From an uncultured Acidobacteriota bacterium (lineage in GTDB: Bacteria > Acidobacteriota > Thermoanaerobaculia > Multivoradales > JAGPDF01), in contig CAWDOT010000012.1 of the NCBI GenBank assembly GCA_963803995.1, positions 140,822 to 204,821 on the forward strand: a DNA stretch of 64,000 nt. Reading direction: 5' to 3'. This document shows positions 21,433 through 31,359 of this stretch, one piece after another. The translations under genes and the position numbers were made by a program. Below the pieces are notes generated by a model. It did no database searches and was not told the origin of the DNA. It worked only from the letters and a program-made list of their open reading frames with translations. How positions within the stretch are numbered: position 1 is the first letter of the stretch; every line of letters starts with the position of its first letter.

Positions 21433-24116
21433 ATGAGCCGATCCACACTGAGTCTGCACCGGGCTGTCCGTTCGTCCGCGCACTTGAGCCGCCGGCGTCC
21501 GCTCGCCCCGGTGATCGGCGCCGCCTGGCTGATCGCGGCCCTGCTGACCGTCCCGGCGCTCGCCCAGCCGGGGACCGGATCGCGCTGGTGGGATTTCGGG
21601 CCCTCCGGATCGAACGGGTCGTTCGTCGAGATCACCCGGGTCATCGACGGCGGCGTCTCGGCCTACGCCGTCGCCGCGGACCCGCTCAATCGGGTGCTGA
21701 CGCTGACCCAGTGGAAGGACGCCACGATCGACTTGAACCTCGACTGCGCCGTCACCCGTCACTTCCAGAACGCCCGCACGCTCGACATGGAGTTCACCGG
21801 CGAGCTCGAGGCCACGCGCCGGGTCGCGCTCGACCTGGGCGGGGGGCAGGACGACCACTGCCTGGCGATGGACGTCGACGCGTTCTCGCGGCCGGTGATC
21901 GTCGGCCACGCCAGCACCGCCGGGCCGGATGCGGCTTTCGTGGTGCGCCTGGCCGCGGCCGACGGCGCCTACGACAACTCCTTCTCCTCGAACGGCAGGT
22001 TCACGCTCGAGAACCTGGTCGGCTTCCTCGGCAGCGAGACCCGCTTCTCGGACGTCGCGATCTACCCCGACCGGCGCGTCCTCGCCTGCGGCTTCGTCGA
22101 GCGGGGGAGCGAGCGGAACATGCTGGTCATGCGCTTCCTCTCGAACGGCTCGCTCGACACGAGCTTCAACGGCAGCGGCTACCGCGAGATCGACTTCAAC
22201 GGCGCGGGAAGCGACAACGACGTCTGCGAGCGGCTGCTGATCCTGCCCGACCAGCGCATCGTGCTGGCCGGCACGGCCAACACGCCCTCGACCGGGGACG
22301 TCGCTTACGCCCTGGCGCGGCTCGACGACGACGGCAGCCCCGACTTCGGCTTCTCCTTCGACGGTAAGGTCGTCATCGACGACGCTTCGGTCCTCACCAC
22401 GCCCGCGGTCGTGGACGTCGCCTACGACGCCGCGCGCCAGCGCCTGGTGGTCGCCGCCAACACGACCGGGCTCAGCGTGACCCCCGGCGGCGCGCTGGTG
22501 GCCGTCGGCGACGGGGGCGTGCTGGACGGCACCTTCAACGGCACCGGCCGGCGCAGCCTCCGCTTCTCGGAGTTCGGCCTCGGCACGCCGCCGCGCGAGC
22601 CGGGCGCGACCTGGCTGCGGCGCCTCCTGATGCGTGCCGACGGCAGCTTCTACCTCGCCGGCACGCACGAGAACAGCGCCGCCGACGCTGCCATTCTGGG
22701 GTCCCAGGGACGTGGCGCTCGCCCGCTTGCGTCCGGACGGCGGCGACGACGCCCTGATGGGGACCGGGTTCTCGACCGACGGCATCGCCTTCTACGCCTA
22801 CCCGGGGATGGGCCACAGCGACGTCGGCTCGGAGGAGGAGCGCCTGGTCGTGGGCGACACCCTCGAGGACGCGATCTTCTACCGCGGCAATGTGCTGCTG
22901 CTCTCCGAGACGAATCGCCACCCGGAGGGCCACTGGGGCGGCGCCGACTGGAACCTCGGTCCGATCGCGCCGGTGCTGGCGGCGATCGTGACCGACCGGA
23001 TCTGGCACGAGGACTTCGAGGACGACGGGCTGGCGGAGCCGACTTCGATCTACGCGACGATCCCGGTGCCCGCCGGCTACGGCCGCTACTGCAGCGTGCG
23101 CGACCCGGTCTCGGGCGGCTTCGGCCTGCTGCCGCAGGGCGCCGCGAGCGACCCCTGTCAGGTCATGCTCGACAGCGATCCCGACCTGATCGTCGAGCGC
23201 GCCGGCCTCTACTCGCTGGCCGGGCCGAACAACGTCCTGGCCACCTGCGCCGGCGGCTACGTGGGGCTCCATCCGGGCAACGGCGGGGCGCCCTTCGACG
23301 CGGCCCTCGCCGCCGCGGCGGGGCGAACCGACTGCGTCTTCACGGCCGCGCCGGTGGCCCTGCCGGTCTTCTCGCGCCCTTACACCGGAGGCCATCTCGC
23401 AGGCGAGCGCACAGTCGTTCAATCACGACCCGTTCCACAAGCCGATCGACGTCAGCGACTTCGGCCAGACGCCGAACGCCGCCCATCCGCTGGCGCACTA
23501 CATCGATCTCAACGGCATCCAGAAGTGCTACGACCCGGGCGGCCCCGACGATCACGAGGTTATCGGTGGGGTCGACGAGGCGGCGGCGGACATCCTGGTC
23601 GAGAGCGACCGCGACGTGGTCGCGGTCGCGGCGGGCAGGGTGGCCGCGGCCGTGCCCCGCTACGCCCTGATGTGGGCGCCGGTGGGCGGCGATCCCCACC
23701 AGCGCGAGGTCTTCGTGCGCCACTCGATCGGCAGCGGCCGCTACAGCGAGCAGTTCACCACCTACTACGCCCACATGTCCGACACCCGCGTGCGGAGGGG
23801 GGACGCGGTGGTGGCGGGCACGGTGCTCGGCGAGGTCGGCACCACCGGCGCGTCCTCGGGTGAACACCTGCACATCGCCGTCTTCCGTCACAGGAACCTC
23901 AGCTACCGCGCGTCCTGGGAGCTCGACTACTCGCGCGCCGACTTCTTCGAGCTGGGCAAGGAGCTCGCCGCGATCGATCCGTGGGGCTGGCGCGGACCGC
24001 AGGGCATCGACCCCTGGGCCTGGCGCTTCAAGTTCAACGACGGCGACCTGCCCGACTACGCCGGCAGCTGGAGCATCAACCTCTGGAAGGCCGGCGAGGC
24101 GCCCACCATGGACTGA
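21433..24116 (+). pseudogene. Secreted delta-60-repeat protein fused to a C-terminal M23 peptidase domain, two frameshifts
   Basis: ATG 21433 with a signal peptide (AAWLIAALLTVPALAQP). Repeats of ~60 aa each carry D-x-S/T-F-x-x-x-G (DNSFSSNGRF, DTSFNGSGYREIDF, DFGFSFDGKV, DGTFNGTGRR). Shifts at about 22690 and 23385. The C-terminal frame (to the stop at 24116) has M23 motifs YYAHMS and GTTGASSGEHLHIAVF. It could also be two adjacent genes. Confidence 0.7.
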
Positions 24117-24130
24117 ACGATCGCGGGGAC

Positions 24131-24545
24131 CGGGTTTCGGGGACAGGCACCGGTTCCACCCCCAGGATCGCTTCGCCCCGGCGTCCCGGGGCGCGGCGGC
24201 GAACTGCTCCAGAGAAGGAGAGGTGCAGGCCCGGGACCGCAGGTCGCCCGATCGACCGGCCGCCGCCAGGCCCGGCGCGGCTCCTTCTCTGGAGCTTTTG
24301 CTTTGGGATTCGGGGACAGGCACCTTTCGGGTGCGGCCCCGGACAGGCCCGGGATCAGGCGCCTCACCCGGACTGGACACTTCCCCCTCGGCGTCCTCGG
24401 CCGCGGCGGCGAAAAGCTCCAGAGAAGGAAAGGCGCAGGCCCGGGTGCATCGGTCGCTTCATCGACCCGCCACCGCGAGGCCCGCCTCGGACCCTTCTAT
24501 GGAGCTTTTGCTTCTCGTTCCTCTCTGTCCTCCCGCTGCTTGAGA
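24131..24545. repeat. Long-hairpin repeat element, two tandem copies (B1 24131-24305, B2 24311-24545)
   Basis: Each copy begins GGGGACAGGCACC. B1 has a perfect 15-bp inverted repeat, GCTCCAGAGAAGGAG (24206-24220) and CTCCTTCTCTGGAGC (24281-24295). B2 has GCTCCAGAGAAGG (24416-24428) and CCTTCTATGGAGC (24493-24505) with one mismatch. Both end in CTGGAGCTTTTGCTT, and B2 adds a CT-rich tail. Confidence 0.8.
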
Positions 24546-24622
24546 AGGGTTTCTGGCGCGTTCTTCTGGGTGTTGCACTTCGCGGGCGGTGCGCGCACTC
24601 TGGAGAGAAAGGAGGCAAGCCC

Positions 24623-25609
24623 ATGAGGTGCTTCGTCACGGGAGCGACCGGGTTCATCGGGTCGCGGGTCGTGCGCCGCCTTGTGCAGGGCGGCCATCAG
24701 GTGCGCTGTCTGGTCCACCGGCCGGAGAAGGCCGCAGTGCTCTCGGGCCTGGACGTCGAAGCCGTGCAGGGCGAGATCGACGATCGCACGCTGCTGCTTC
24801 CGGCGATGGAGGGCGTCGACTGGGTCTTCCACCTCGCCGCCCTCTACGACTTCTGGACGCCGAAGCCCGCCGAGTACTGGAGGGTCAACGTCGACGGCAC
24901 CAAGGCGGCGCTCGAGGCCGCGCTCGAGGCGGGGGTCCGAAAGGTCGTGCACGTCAGCTCGTTCATCGTCTACGGCGAGCCTGATGTGCAGCCCCTCGCC
25001 GAGGGGGTCCCCGAGGGCCCGCGGCGCTTCAGCCGGTACGCCGAATCGAAGCACGCGGCGGACGAGCTCGCCTGGGAGCTGCGCCGCACCCGCGGGCTGC
25101 CCCTCGTGGCGGTCTATCCCGGGGCGGTGGTGGGCGAGGAGGACCCGAAGCCCTCGGGGGATTACGTGCGGGCGCTGGTCGAGCACAAGCTGCCGGCCAC
25201 CCTCCTCGAGCAGTACGTCTTCCCCTTCGTCTTTGTCGACGACGCCGCGGAGATCGTCGTGCGCGCGGCCGAGAAGGAGGGCAACGAGGGCGAGCGCTAC
25301 TTCGCGGTGGCGGAGAACCTCACCTGGGGTGAGCTCAACCGGCAGATCTCCGAGGCCTCGGGCGAGCGCCTGCCCCGCCTGCACATGCCCGGCCCGCTGG
25401 TGATGCCGGCCGCCGCGGCGATGACCTTGCTCGCCGACCTGACCGGACAGCCGCCGCTCTGGGGCATGGCCGTCGACCAGATGCGCACGATGAAGCACGG
25501 CACACGGGTCGACGGCGGCAAGGCGGTACGCGAGCTCGGCGTCCGCTACACCCCGATCCGCGAGGCCCTGGCCCGCGCGATCGGCGCCGCCCACGCCGGG
25601 GTCGGCTGA
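24623..25609 (+). CDS. NAD-dependent epimerase/dehydratase (extended SDR)
   Basis: ATG 24623 preceded by AAGGAGG. Rossmann motif VTGATGFIGSRVV and catalytic YxxxK in YAESKHAAD. 328 aa. Confidence 0.85.
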   Translation: MRCFVTGATGFIGSRVVRRLVQGGHQVRCLVHRPEKAAVLSGLDVEAVQGEIDDRTLLLPAMEGVDWVFHLAALYDFWTPKPAEYWRVNVDGTKAALEAALEAGVRKVVHVSSFIVYGEPDVQPLAEGVPEGPRRFSRYAESKHAADELAWELRRTRGLPLVAVYPGAVVGEEDPKPSGDYVRALVEHKLPATLLEQYVFPFVFVDDAAEIVVRAAEKEGNEGERYFAVAENLTWGELNRQISEASGERLPRLHMPGPLVMPAAAAMTLLADLTGQPPLWGMAVDQMRTMKHGTRVDGGKAVRELGVRYTPIREALARAIGAAHAGVG

Positions 25610-25678
25610 GGCCCGGGCCAGAGGCCACCGAGCTCCGGCGTCCCGATCGGGAACTCGATCCCCGACTCGCCGCCGGGC

Positions 25679-26323
25679 TCAGAGGGGGGCCAGGCTCCAG
25701 CGGCAGGTTTCGCCGACCTCGAAGTCCTCGGCGAAGATCCAGTCGGTGCGCGTGACGCGGATCTCGTCGAACTGCACCGAGATGGCCGGTTCAGCGCCGA
25801 CGATCTGGGTTAGGAAGACTCTCAGCTGTGCGCTCTGGACCGTCGGAGGCGGCGTGAAGGGCCCCCCTTCGACGTGCTGCCAGCCCGCGACGCTGCTCTC
25901 CGCGTAACCAGCGAAATGGTCGTCGATGTCGGCGCCCCCGCAATCCGCGTCGTCGAAGAAGCCGAGCGTCAGATTCGAACGGGCAGCGTAGATGCTGCTC
26001 TCGAACCGGAAGTCACCCGACATGCGGAAGCTCTCGGATGGGGAGACCGCTCCCAGGCAGATACTGAACAGCACGGATGCGAAGTCGGAGGAAGGATCAC
26101 CGGAGGCCAGAGCGACGCCCGACCCGACGCAGTCGTCCCGGTCGAGCGATCCGTCGAAGGTGAGCGAGCTGCTGGTCGGAAAGGCCACGGTCCAGCCGCT
26201 CACTCCGTCCGCGAGATCGAATCTTCCGTTGGGGACCAGGTTCCCGGTCTGGGCCATGACCAGCGCGCACAGCACTGCCAGGGCCGCGAATGTCGCGACC
26301 GTGAGGCGATGGTCGAAATACAT
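25679..26323 (-). CDS. Secreted hypothetical protein (jelly-roll / CBM-like guess)
   Basis: 214 aa. Signal peptide (TVATFAALAVLCALVMAQ), beta-rich sequence, SD GGAGGGA before the ATG. GC is visibly lower than in neighbouring genes. Confidence 0.6.
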   Translation of the reverse strand: MYFDHRLTVATFAALAVLCALVMAQTGNLVPNGRFDLADGVSGWTVAFPTSSSLTFDGSLDRDDCVGSGVALASGDPSSDFASVLFSICLGAVSPSESFRMSGDFRFESSIYAARSNLTLGFFDDADCGGADIDDHFAGYAESSVAGWQHVEGGPFTPPPTVQSAQLRVFLTQIVGAEPAISVQFDEIRVTRTDWIFAEDFEVGETCRWSLAPL

Positions 26324-26479
26324 GGTTTCCCTCCAGGTCGCCGCCCGGGCTTCGCCGAGCGCATCTCTCCGGGCGGGTCCGTTTCAGGGTAGCAGAAACG
26401 AACCCTGCAATCACCTCTCTCCAGAGCCGGCGAGCGCGTAGACTACCGGACCCGAACCCGGGGCAGCTGGGGAGGTGTC

Positions 26480-26821
26480 ATGCACAACGAGCCGGTCGTC
26501 GTCCTCGTCCACTATCGCGCCCAGCCCGGCCGCGAGGAGACCGCGCGACGCGAGATCGCGGCGCTCGTCGCGCTGGTCGTCGAGCGCGAGCCCGACTGCC
26601 TGGGCATCGTGATCCTCTCGAGGCCCGACGACCCGGCGCAGATCCTGCTCCAGGAGAGCTGGACCTCGCGCGCCGCCTATCTCGGCTCCCACCGCGAGAC
26701 GCCGCACCTGGTCGATTTCATCCGGCGCGCCGCGGACTTCCTCGCCGGCCCGCCCGACATCTCGATCTGGGACCGCGTCGTCGCCGCGCCTGCCGATTCG
26801 GGCGGCGCGCGGCGCTCCTGA
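26480..26821 (+). CDS. Antibiotic-biosynthesis-monooxygenase (ABM/Dabb) domain protein
   Basis: 113 aa with a ferredoxin-like ABM pattern (VVVLVHYRAQPGREE...ILLQESWTSRAAYLGSHRETPHLVDF). SD GGGGAGG. Confidence 0.65.
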   Translation: MHNEPVVVLVHYRAQPGREETARREIAALVALVVEREPDCLGIVILSRPDDPAQILLQESWTSRAAYLGSHRETPHLVDFIRRAADFLAGPPDISIWDRVVAAPADSGGARRS

Positions 26822-26957
26822 GCGTCGCCGCTGCGGGGATCGGGCCGGGCTCGGCGAACGCCACCCGAAGCCGGCGGCGCGACCCCCGGCCTGCGCGGGC
26901 GCCGGGCAAGGGAGTACACTGAAGCCGGGTACCGTCTCTCCCGGATCGGAGGCCGCG

Positions 26958-27401
26958 ATGATCTTCATCTCCCCGAACCGGCAGGACCGGGAGCGGAGCC
27001 TGCTCCTGCTGGGCTCGAGCGCGATCCTGGCGCTCGGCGCCCTCGGCTTCGGGATCCAGGACAACTCTCCCGGCCTGCTGCTGGCGTACCTCGCCGCCGT
27101 CGCCCTCGTTCTCGTCTTCGTCCACGCCTGGCGTTCCTGGCGGAGCTTCGTCTGGCTCGCCGGCGGCGCGCTCTTCGGGATCGGACTGTTCGCGGAGCTG
27201 CACGACCTGTTCGAAGGCCTCGCGCGGGCGCACCTCGGAGTCGGCGTGGGAGGCGCGCTGCTCGCGGGCGTCGGGACCGCCTGTTTCCTGATCGCGGCCC
27301 TGCTCGGCCCCGCCCTGCTGCTGGTCGCTCTGGGCGGCTTCCTGGTCCGCTTCGCCGCCGAGCACAGGACGCACCGCGGGCACGGCGCCCACGCGGCGTA
27401 G
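26958..27401 (+). CDS. Hypothetical membrane protein
   Basis: 147 aa with four predicted TM helices (LLLLGSSAILALGALGF, LLLAYLAAVALVLVFV, FVWLAGGALFGIGLF, ACFLIAALLGPALLLVALGGFLV). Confidence 0.5.
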   Translation: MIFISPNRQDRERSLLLLGSSAILALGALGFGIQDNSPGLLLAYLAAVALVLVFVHAWRSWRSFVWLAGGALFGIGLFAELHDLFEGLARAHLGVGVGGALLAGVGTACFLIAALLGPALLLVALGGFLVRFAAEHRTHRGHGAHAA

Positions 27402-27446
27402 CGCGCGGTCGGGCGGGTTCGAGTTCGACTAGACTCCGCGCAGCCC

Positions 27447-28652
27447 ATGGCTCCCAGCGATTCGACCTCGGCCGCCCTCGCGCGCGTCGACGGAGCCGCC
27501 GCGGTCGCGCTCGCGGCGGACCTCGTCCGCATTCCCAGCCATCCCGGTCTCGAGCGGCAGGAGGAGGGCGTCGCGCGGGCGCTCGCGCTCTGGCTCGAAG
27601 CGCGCGGCCTGGCGCCCCGCCTCGACGAGGCGGCGCCCGGCCGTCCCAACCTGCTCTGCACCGTGCGCGGCCCGCGTCCCGGCCGCCATCTGATCCTCTG
27701 CGGCCACACCGACACCGTGCCGATCAACGCCGACGGCGCCGGCCACGGCTTCTCCGGCGCGGTGGTCGACGGCTGGCTGCGCGGGCGCGGATCGGTCGAC
27801 ATGAAGGGTCCGCTGGCGGCGATGGCCGCGGCGCTCGTCGCGCTCGACGGCGCGCTGCCCGCGGGCGAGGTGACGCTCGCCGCGGTGGCCGACGAGGAGA
27901 TGGAGTCGATCGGCGCGGAGCACCTGATCCGCTCGGGGCTCGCCGCGGACGGCGCCGTGGTGGGGGAACCGACCGGCAACCGGATCGCCCTCGGCCACAA
28001 GGGGCTCGAGTGGCTGCAGGTGGAGTTCACCGGCCGCGCCGCGCACGGCGGCACGCCGGAGCGGGGGATCAACGCGATCGTCGCCGCGGCCCGCTTCGTC
28101 GCGCTGGTCGAGGCCCGTCTCCAGCCCCGCCTCGCGGCGCGCGCCCACCCGCGGCTCGGACCGCCGACGCTCAACTTCGGCACCGTCGCGGGCGGCGACC
28201 AGCCCTCGACCGTGGCGGCGCGCTGCCGACTGGCGCTCGACCGCCGCACGGTGCCGGAGGAGAGCTACGAGCGGGTGGTGGGCGAGCTGGTCGACCTGCT
28301 GCACGAAGTCGAGGCCGCGATGCCCGGCCTCACCTCGCGGGTCGGGCGGATGCCCGGCGGCATGGCGACGATGGCCCACGTCGCGCTCGACACGCCGCCC
28401 GACCATCCGCTGGCGCAGGCTGCCGCCGCGGCGCGCGAGCGGGTGCTCGGCGAGCGCGGCGAGTTCACCTCGTTCCCGGCCTGGACCGACGGCGCCCTGA
28501 TCGCCGGATTCGGGAACGTGCCGACGATCGTGCTCGGCCCCGGCGACCTCGCCCTCGCGCACGCGCCGGCCGAGGCGATCCCGGTCGCCGAGATCGAGGC
28601 GGCGGCCCGGCTCTTCGCGGTGCTCGCCGTCGGGTTCTGCGCCGGAGCCTGA
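27447..28652 (+). CDS. M20 family metallopeptidase (ArgE/DapE/ACY1-like)
   Basis: 401 aa with M20 metal/catalytic blocks LCGHTDTVP, GRGSVDMKG and AVADEEMES. Confidence 0.85.
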   Translation: MAPSDSTSAALARVDGAAAVALAADLVRIPSHPGLERQEEGVARALALWLEARGLAPRLDEAAPGRPNLLCTVRGPRPGRHLILCGHTDTVPINADGAGHGFSGAVVDGWLRGRGSVDMKGPLAAMAAALVALDGALPAGEVTLAAVADEEMESIGAEHLIRSGLAADGAVVGEPTGNRIALGHKGLEWLQVEFTGRAAHGGTPERGINAIVAAARFVALVEARLQPRLAARAHPRLGPPTLNFGTVAGGDQPSTVAARCRLALDRRTVPEESYERVVGELVDLLHEVEAAMPGLTSRVGRMPGGMATMAHVALDTPPDHPLAQAAAAARERVLGERGEFTSFPAWTDGALIAGFGNVPTIVLGPGDLALAHAPAEAIPVAEIEAAARLFAVLAVGFCAGA

Positions 28653-28654
28653 GC

Positions 28655-30019
28655 TTGCGCCTGCGCGTCCCGCACAGTTACGCGCTGCTCGCCGGGTTGA
28701 TCGTCGCGACCGCGCTCGCCACCTGGGTGCTGCCGGCGGGGAAGTACGAGCGGACCGCCGAGGGCGGGCGCACGCTGGTCGTCCCCTCGAGCTACGCCGA
28801 GCTGGAGCGCCAGCCGGCCGGTCCGGTCGAGGTCGTCCTCGCCTTTCCGCGCGGCCTGGCGGCGACCGCGCCGATCGTCTTCTACATCCTGCTGATCGGC
28901 GGCACCTTCGGCGTCCTGCAGCAGACTGGCGCGCTAGAGGCCGGCATCGGTGCGGTGGTCTCCGGTGTGGGCGGGCGCGCGGAACGGGTGCTGCCCGCCC
29001 TGATCGTGCTCTTCTCGCTGGGCGGCGCGACCATGGGGATGGCGGAGGAGACCCTGCCCTTCCTGCCCGCCCTCGTGCTGCTCGCGCGCCGGCTCGGCTA
29101 CGACGAGGTGATCGGCGGCGCCATCGCGCTCGCCGGGGCCGGCGCGGGATTCGCGGGGGCGTTCCTCAACCCGTTCACGGTCGGTGTCGGCCAGGGGATC
29201 GCCGGACTGCCGCTCTTCTCCGGCATCGGCTACCGGATGATCGTCTGGGCGACGCTCACGCTCGCCACGGTCCTCTACGTGGGTTGGGCCGCCCGCCGCC
29301 ACCGGGTGGTCGAGTCGGCGGGCCTGCCGGCGAGCGCGTCGCCGGCGGCCGCCGGAGCGCCACCCGCTCTCGACCGCCGGCGCGCCGCGGTGCTCCTCGC
29401 GCTCGGCCTGGCGCTGGTCGCGGTGGTGGCGGGCGCGTTGCGCTGGCAGTGGGGGTTGACCGAGCTGTCGGGACTCTTCGTCCTGCTCGCGGTGGTCGCC
29501 GGCGTCGCGGGCGGACTGGGCGCCGACGGCACCTGCGAGAGCTTCATCGCCGGCGCCGCCTCGCTGGCGGGCGCCGCCCTGGTGGTCGGGCTCGCGCGCG
29601 GAGTGCTGGTCGTGCTCGACGGCGCGCGCGCCACCGACGGCGTGCTCCATGCCCTCTCGGGCGCGGTCGCCGGACTGCCCGCGGGCGCCACGGTCTTCGG
29701 CATCTACGGCGTGCAGGTGGCGCTCTCCTACCTCGTCCCCTCGGGTTCGGGCCAGGCGGCGCTCGCGCTGCCGATCCTGGTGCCGCTCGCCGACCTCGTC
29801 GGCATCACGCGGCAGACCAGCGTGCTCGCCTACCAGTTCGGCGACGGCTTCTCGAACGTCTTCGCGCCGACCTCGGGCTACTTCATGGCCGGCCTGGCGC
29901 TGATCAACGTGCCGTGGACGCGGTGGGCGCGCTTCATGGCGCCGTTGCAGGCGATCTGGCTCGGCCTCGGTCTCCTCTTCCTCGCCATCGCGCACGCCGT
30001 GCGCTGGGGACCGTTCTGA
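28655..30019 (+). CDS. YfcC-family (DcuC-like) membrane transporter
   Basis: TTG 28655, in frame in ORF 28010..30019, 3 nt after the M20 stop. About 12 TM helices, YfcC-like N-terminus (VPHSYALLAGLIVATALATWVLPAGKYER) and FAGAFLNPFTVGVGQG. Confidence 0.75.
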   Translation: MRLRVPHSYALLAGLIVATALATWVLPAGKYERTAEGGRTLVVPSSYAELERQPAGPVEVVLAFPRGLAATAPIVFYILLIGGTFGVLQQTGALEAGIGAVVSGVGGRAERVLPALIVLFSLGGATMGMAEETLPFLPALVLLARRLGYDEVIGGAIALAGAGAGFAGAFLNPFTVGVGQGIAGLPLFSGIGYRMIVWATLTLATVLYVGWAARRHRVVESAGLPASASPAAAGAPPALDRRRAAVLLALGLALVAVVAGALRWQWGLTELSGLFVLLAVVAGVAGGLGADGTCESFIAGAASLAGAALVVGLARGVLVVLDGARATDGVLHALSGAVAGLPAGATVFGIYGVQVALSYLVPSGSGQAALALPILVPLADLVGITRQTSVLAYQFGDGFSNVFAPTSGYFMAGLALINVPWTRWARFMAPLQAIWLGLGLLFLAIAHAVRWGPF

Positions 30020-30021
30020 CC

Positions 30022-31335
30022 ATGGCCCATCGCTATCCCGAGTCGAACGTCTTCTACCGCCGGCTCGACCGCGCCTTCCCGCTCGCCGCGCACGCCGAGG
30101 GGAGCTGGATCGTCGACGCGGAAGGCCGCCGCTACCTGGACGCTTCCGGCGGCGCCGTCGTCGCCAACCTCGGCCACGATCTCGCGGAGGTCGCGGACGC
30201 GGTCGCCGGGGAGATCCGCCGCCTGGGCTACGTGAACGGCACGCAGTTCACCACCGCCGCCTGCGAGGAGCTGGCGGCCGAGCTCGCCGAGGTGCTGCCC
30301 GAGCCGCTGCGCTACGTCTACTTCCTCGCCAGCGGCTCGGAGGCGATCGAGGCGGCGGTCAAGCTCGCGCGTCAGGTCCAGGTCGAGCGCGGGCGGCAGC
30401 AGCGGTGGAAGATCGTGTCGCGCGTCCCCTCCTACCACGGCAACACCCTGGCCGCGCTCTCGCTGTCGGGGCGCGAAGCCTACCGGGAGGCCTACGGGCC
30501 GCTCCTGCTCGACCTGCCGCGCATCCCGGCGCCCGATCCCTTCCGCCAGCCGGCGGGGCCCGGCTCGACCGGCGAGGCGCTCGAGATCGAGCTCGCCCGC
30601 CAGGGGCCGGAGAGTGTCGCGGCCTTCCTGGCGGAGCCGATCGGCGGCTCCTCCTCGGGCGCGGTGGTGCCTTCGCGCGCCTACTGGCGGCGGATCGTCG
30701 AGTCCTGCCAGCGCCACGGCCTGCTCTGGATCGCCGACGAGGTGATGTGCGGCATGGGCCGCACCGGCCGCTGGTTCGCGTTCGAGCACTTCGGCGTCGT
30801 CCCCGACATCCTGGTGCTCGGCAAGGGGCTGAACGCCGGTGCGGTGCCGCTCTCCGCGGTGGTCGCCTCGCGCGCGGTGGTCGACACGATCGCCGGCGGC
30901 AGCGGCGCCTTCCGCCACGCCCAGACCTATTCGCACCACCCTGCGCTCTGCGCCGCCGGTCTCGCCGTCGTCCGCCGGATGAAGCGCGACCGGCTGGTCG
31001 AGCGGGCGGCGGCGCTCGAGGACCCCCTCTTCGCCTCGCTGGCGCGCCTGAAGCGCCATCGCCACGTCGGCGACATCCGGGGCAAGGGGCTGCTCGCCGC
31101 CGTCGAGCTGGTCGCCGACCGCGAGACCCGCGCACCCTTCGCGCGCGCCGAGAAGGTCGCCGAGCGGCTCGCCGCGGCGGCCTTCGACGAGGGGCTGATC
31201 GTCTGGCCGAACGCCGGCAACGTGGACGGGACGCGCGGCGACCTGGTCATGATCGCGCCGCCCTTCACCGCGACCGAGGCGGAGCTGGTGGAGATCGGGA
31301 ACCGGCTCGACCGCGCCCTCGAGCGCGTGCCCTGA
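30022..31335 (+). CDS. Class III (omega) aminotransferase
   Basis: ATG 30022, 2 nt after the transporter stop. 437 aa. Blocks SGSEAIEAAVKLAR and DEVMCGMGRTGRWFAFEHFGVVPDILVLGKGL (PLP-Lys). Confidence 0.85.
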   Translation: MAHRYPESNVFYRRLDRAFPLAAHAEGSWIVDAEGRRYLDASGGAVVANLGHDLAEVADAVAGEIRRLGYVNGTQFTTAACEELAAELAEVLPEPLRYVYFLASGSEAIEAAVKLARQVQVERGRQQRWKIVSRVPSYHGNTLAALSLSGREAYREAYGPLLLDLPRIPAPDPFRQPAGPGSTGEALEIELARQGPESVAAFLAEPIGGSSSGAVVPSRAYWRRIVESCQRHGLLWIADEVMCGMGRTGRWFAFEHFGVVPDILVLGKGLNAGAVPLSAVVASRAVVDTIAGGSGAFRHAQTYSHHPALCAAGLAVVRRMKRDRLVERAAALEDPLFASLARLKRHRHVGDIRGKGLLAAVELVADRETRAPFARAEKVAERLAAAAFDEGLIVWPNAGNVDGTRGDLVMIAPPFTATEAELVEIGNRLDRALERVP

Positions 31336-31359
31336 TCCCGGCTTCCCGCGCGCTGCGCC

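Noticed and set aside
19768-23670. The 1300-aa ORF as a single gene.
   Set aside because: Its first ~555 codons are antisense to the APC permease and are Arg/Glu/Gly noise. A credible protein starts only at the ATG at 21433, with a signal peptide, and it leaves this frame at about 22690.
24206-24222. The repeat-end core TCCAGAGAAGG resembles my recollection of the conserved UCCAGAGAGG core of PyrR-binding RNA hairpins, and pyrR is in this window.
   Set aside because: The match has an extra A. The copies are not upstream of pyrimidine genes, the pyr operon leader lacks the motif in the sense orientation, and my memory of the consensus is not exact. I treat it as coincidence unless cmsearch with the Rfam PyrR model scores these sites.
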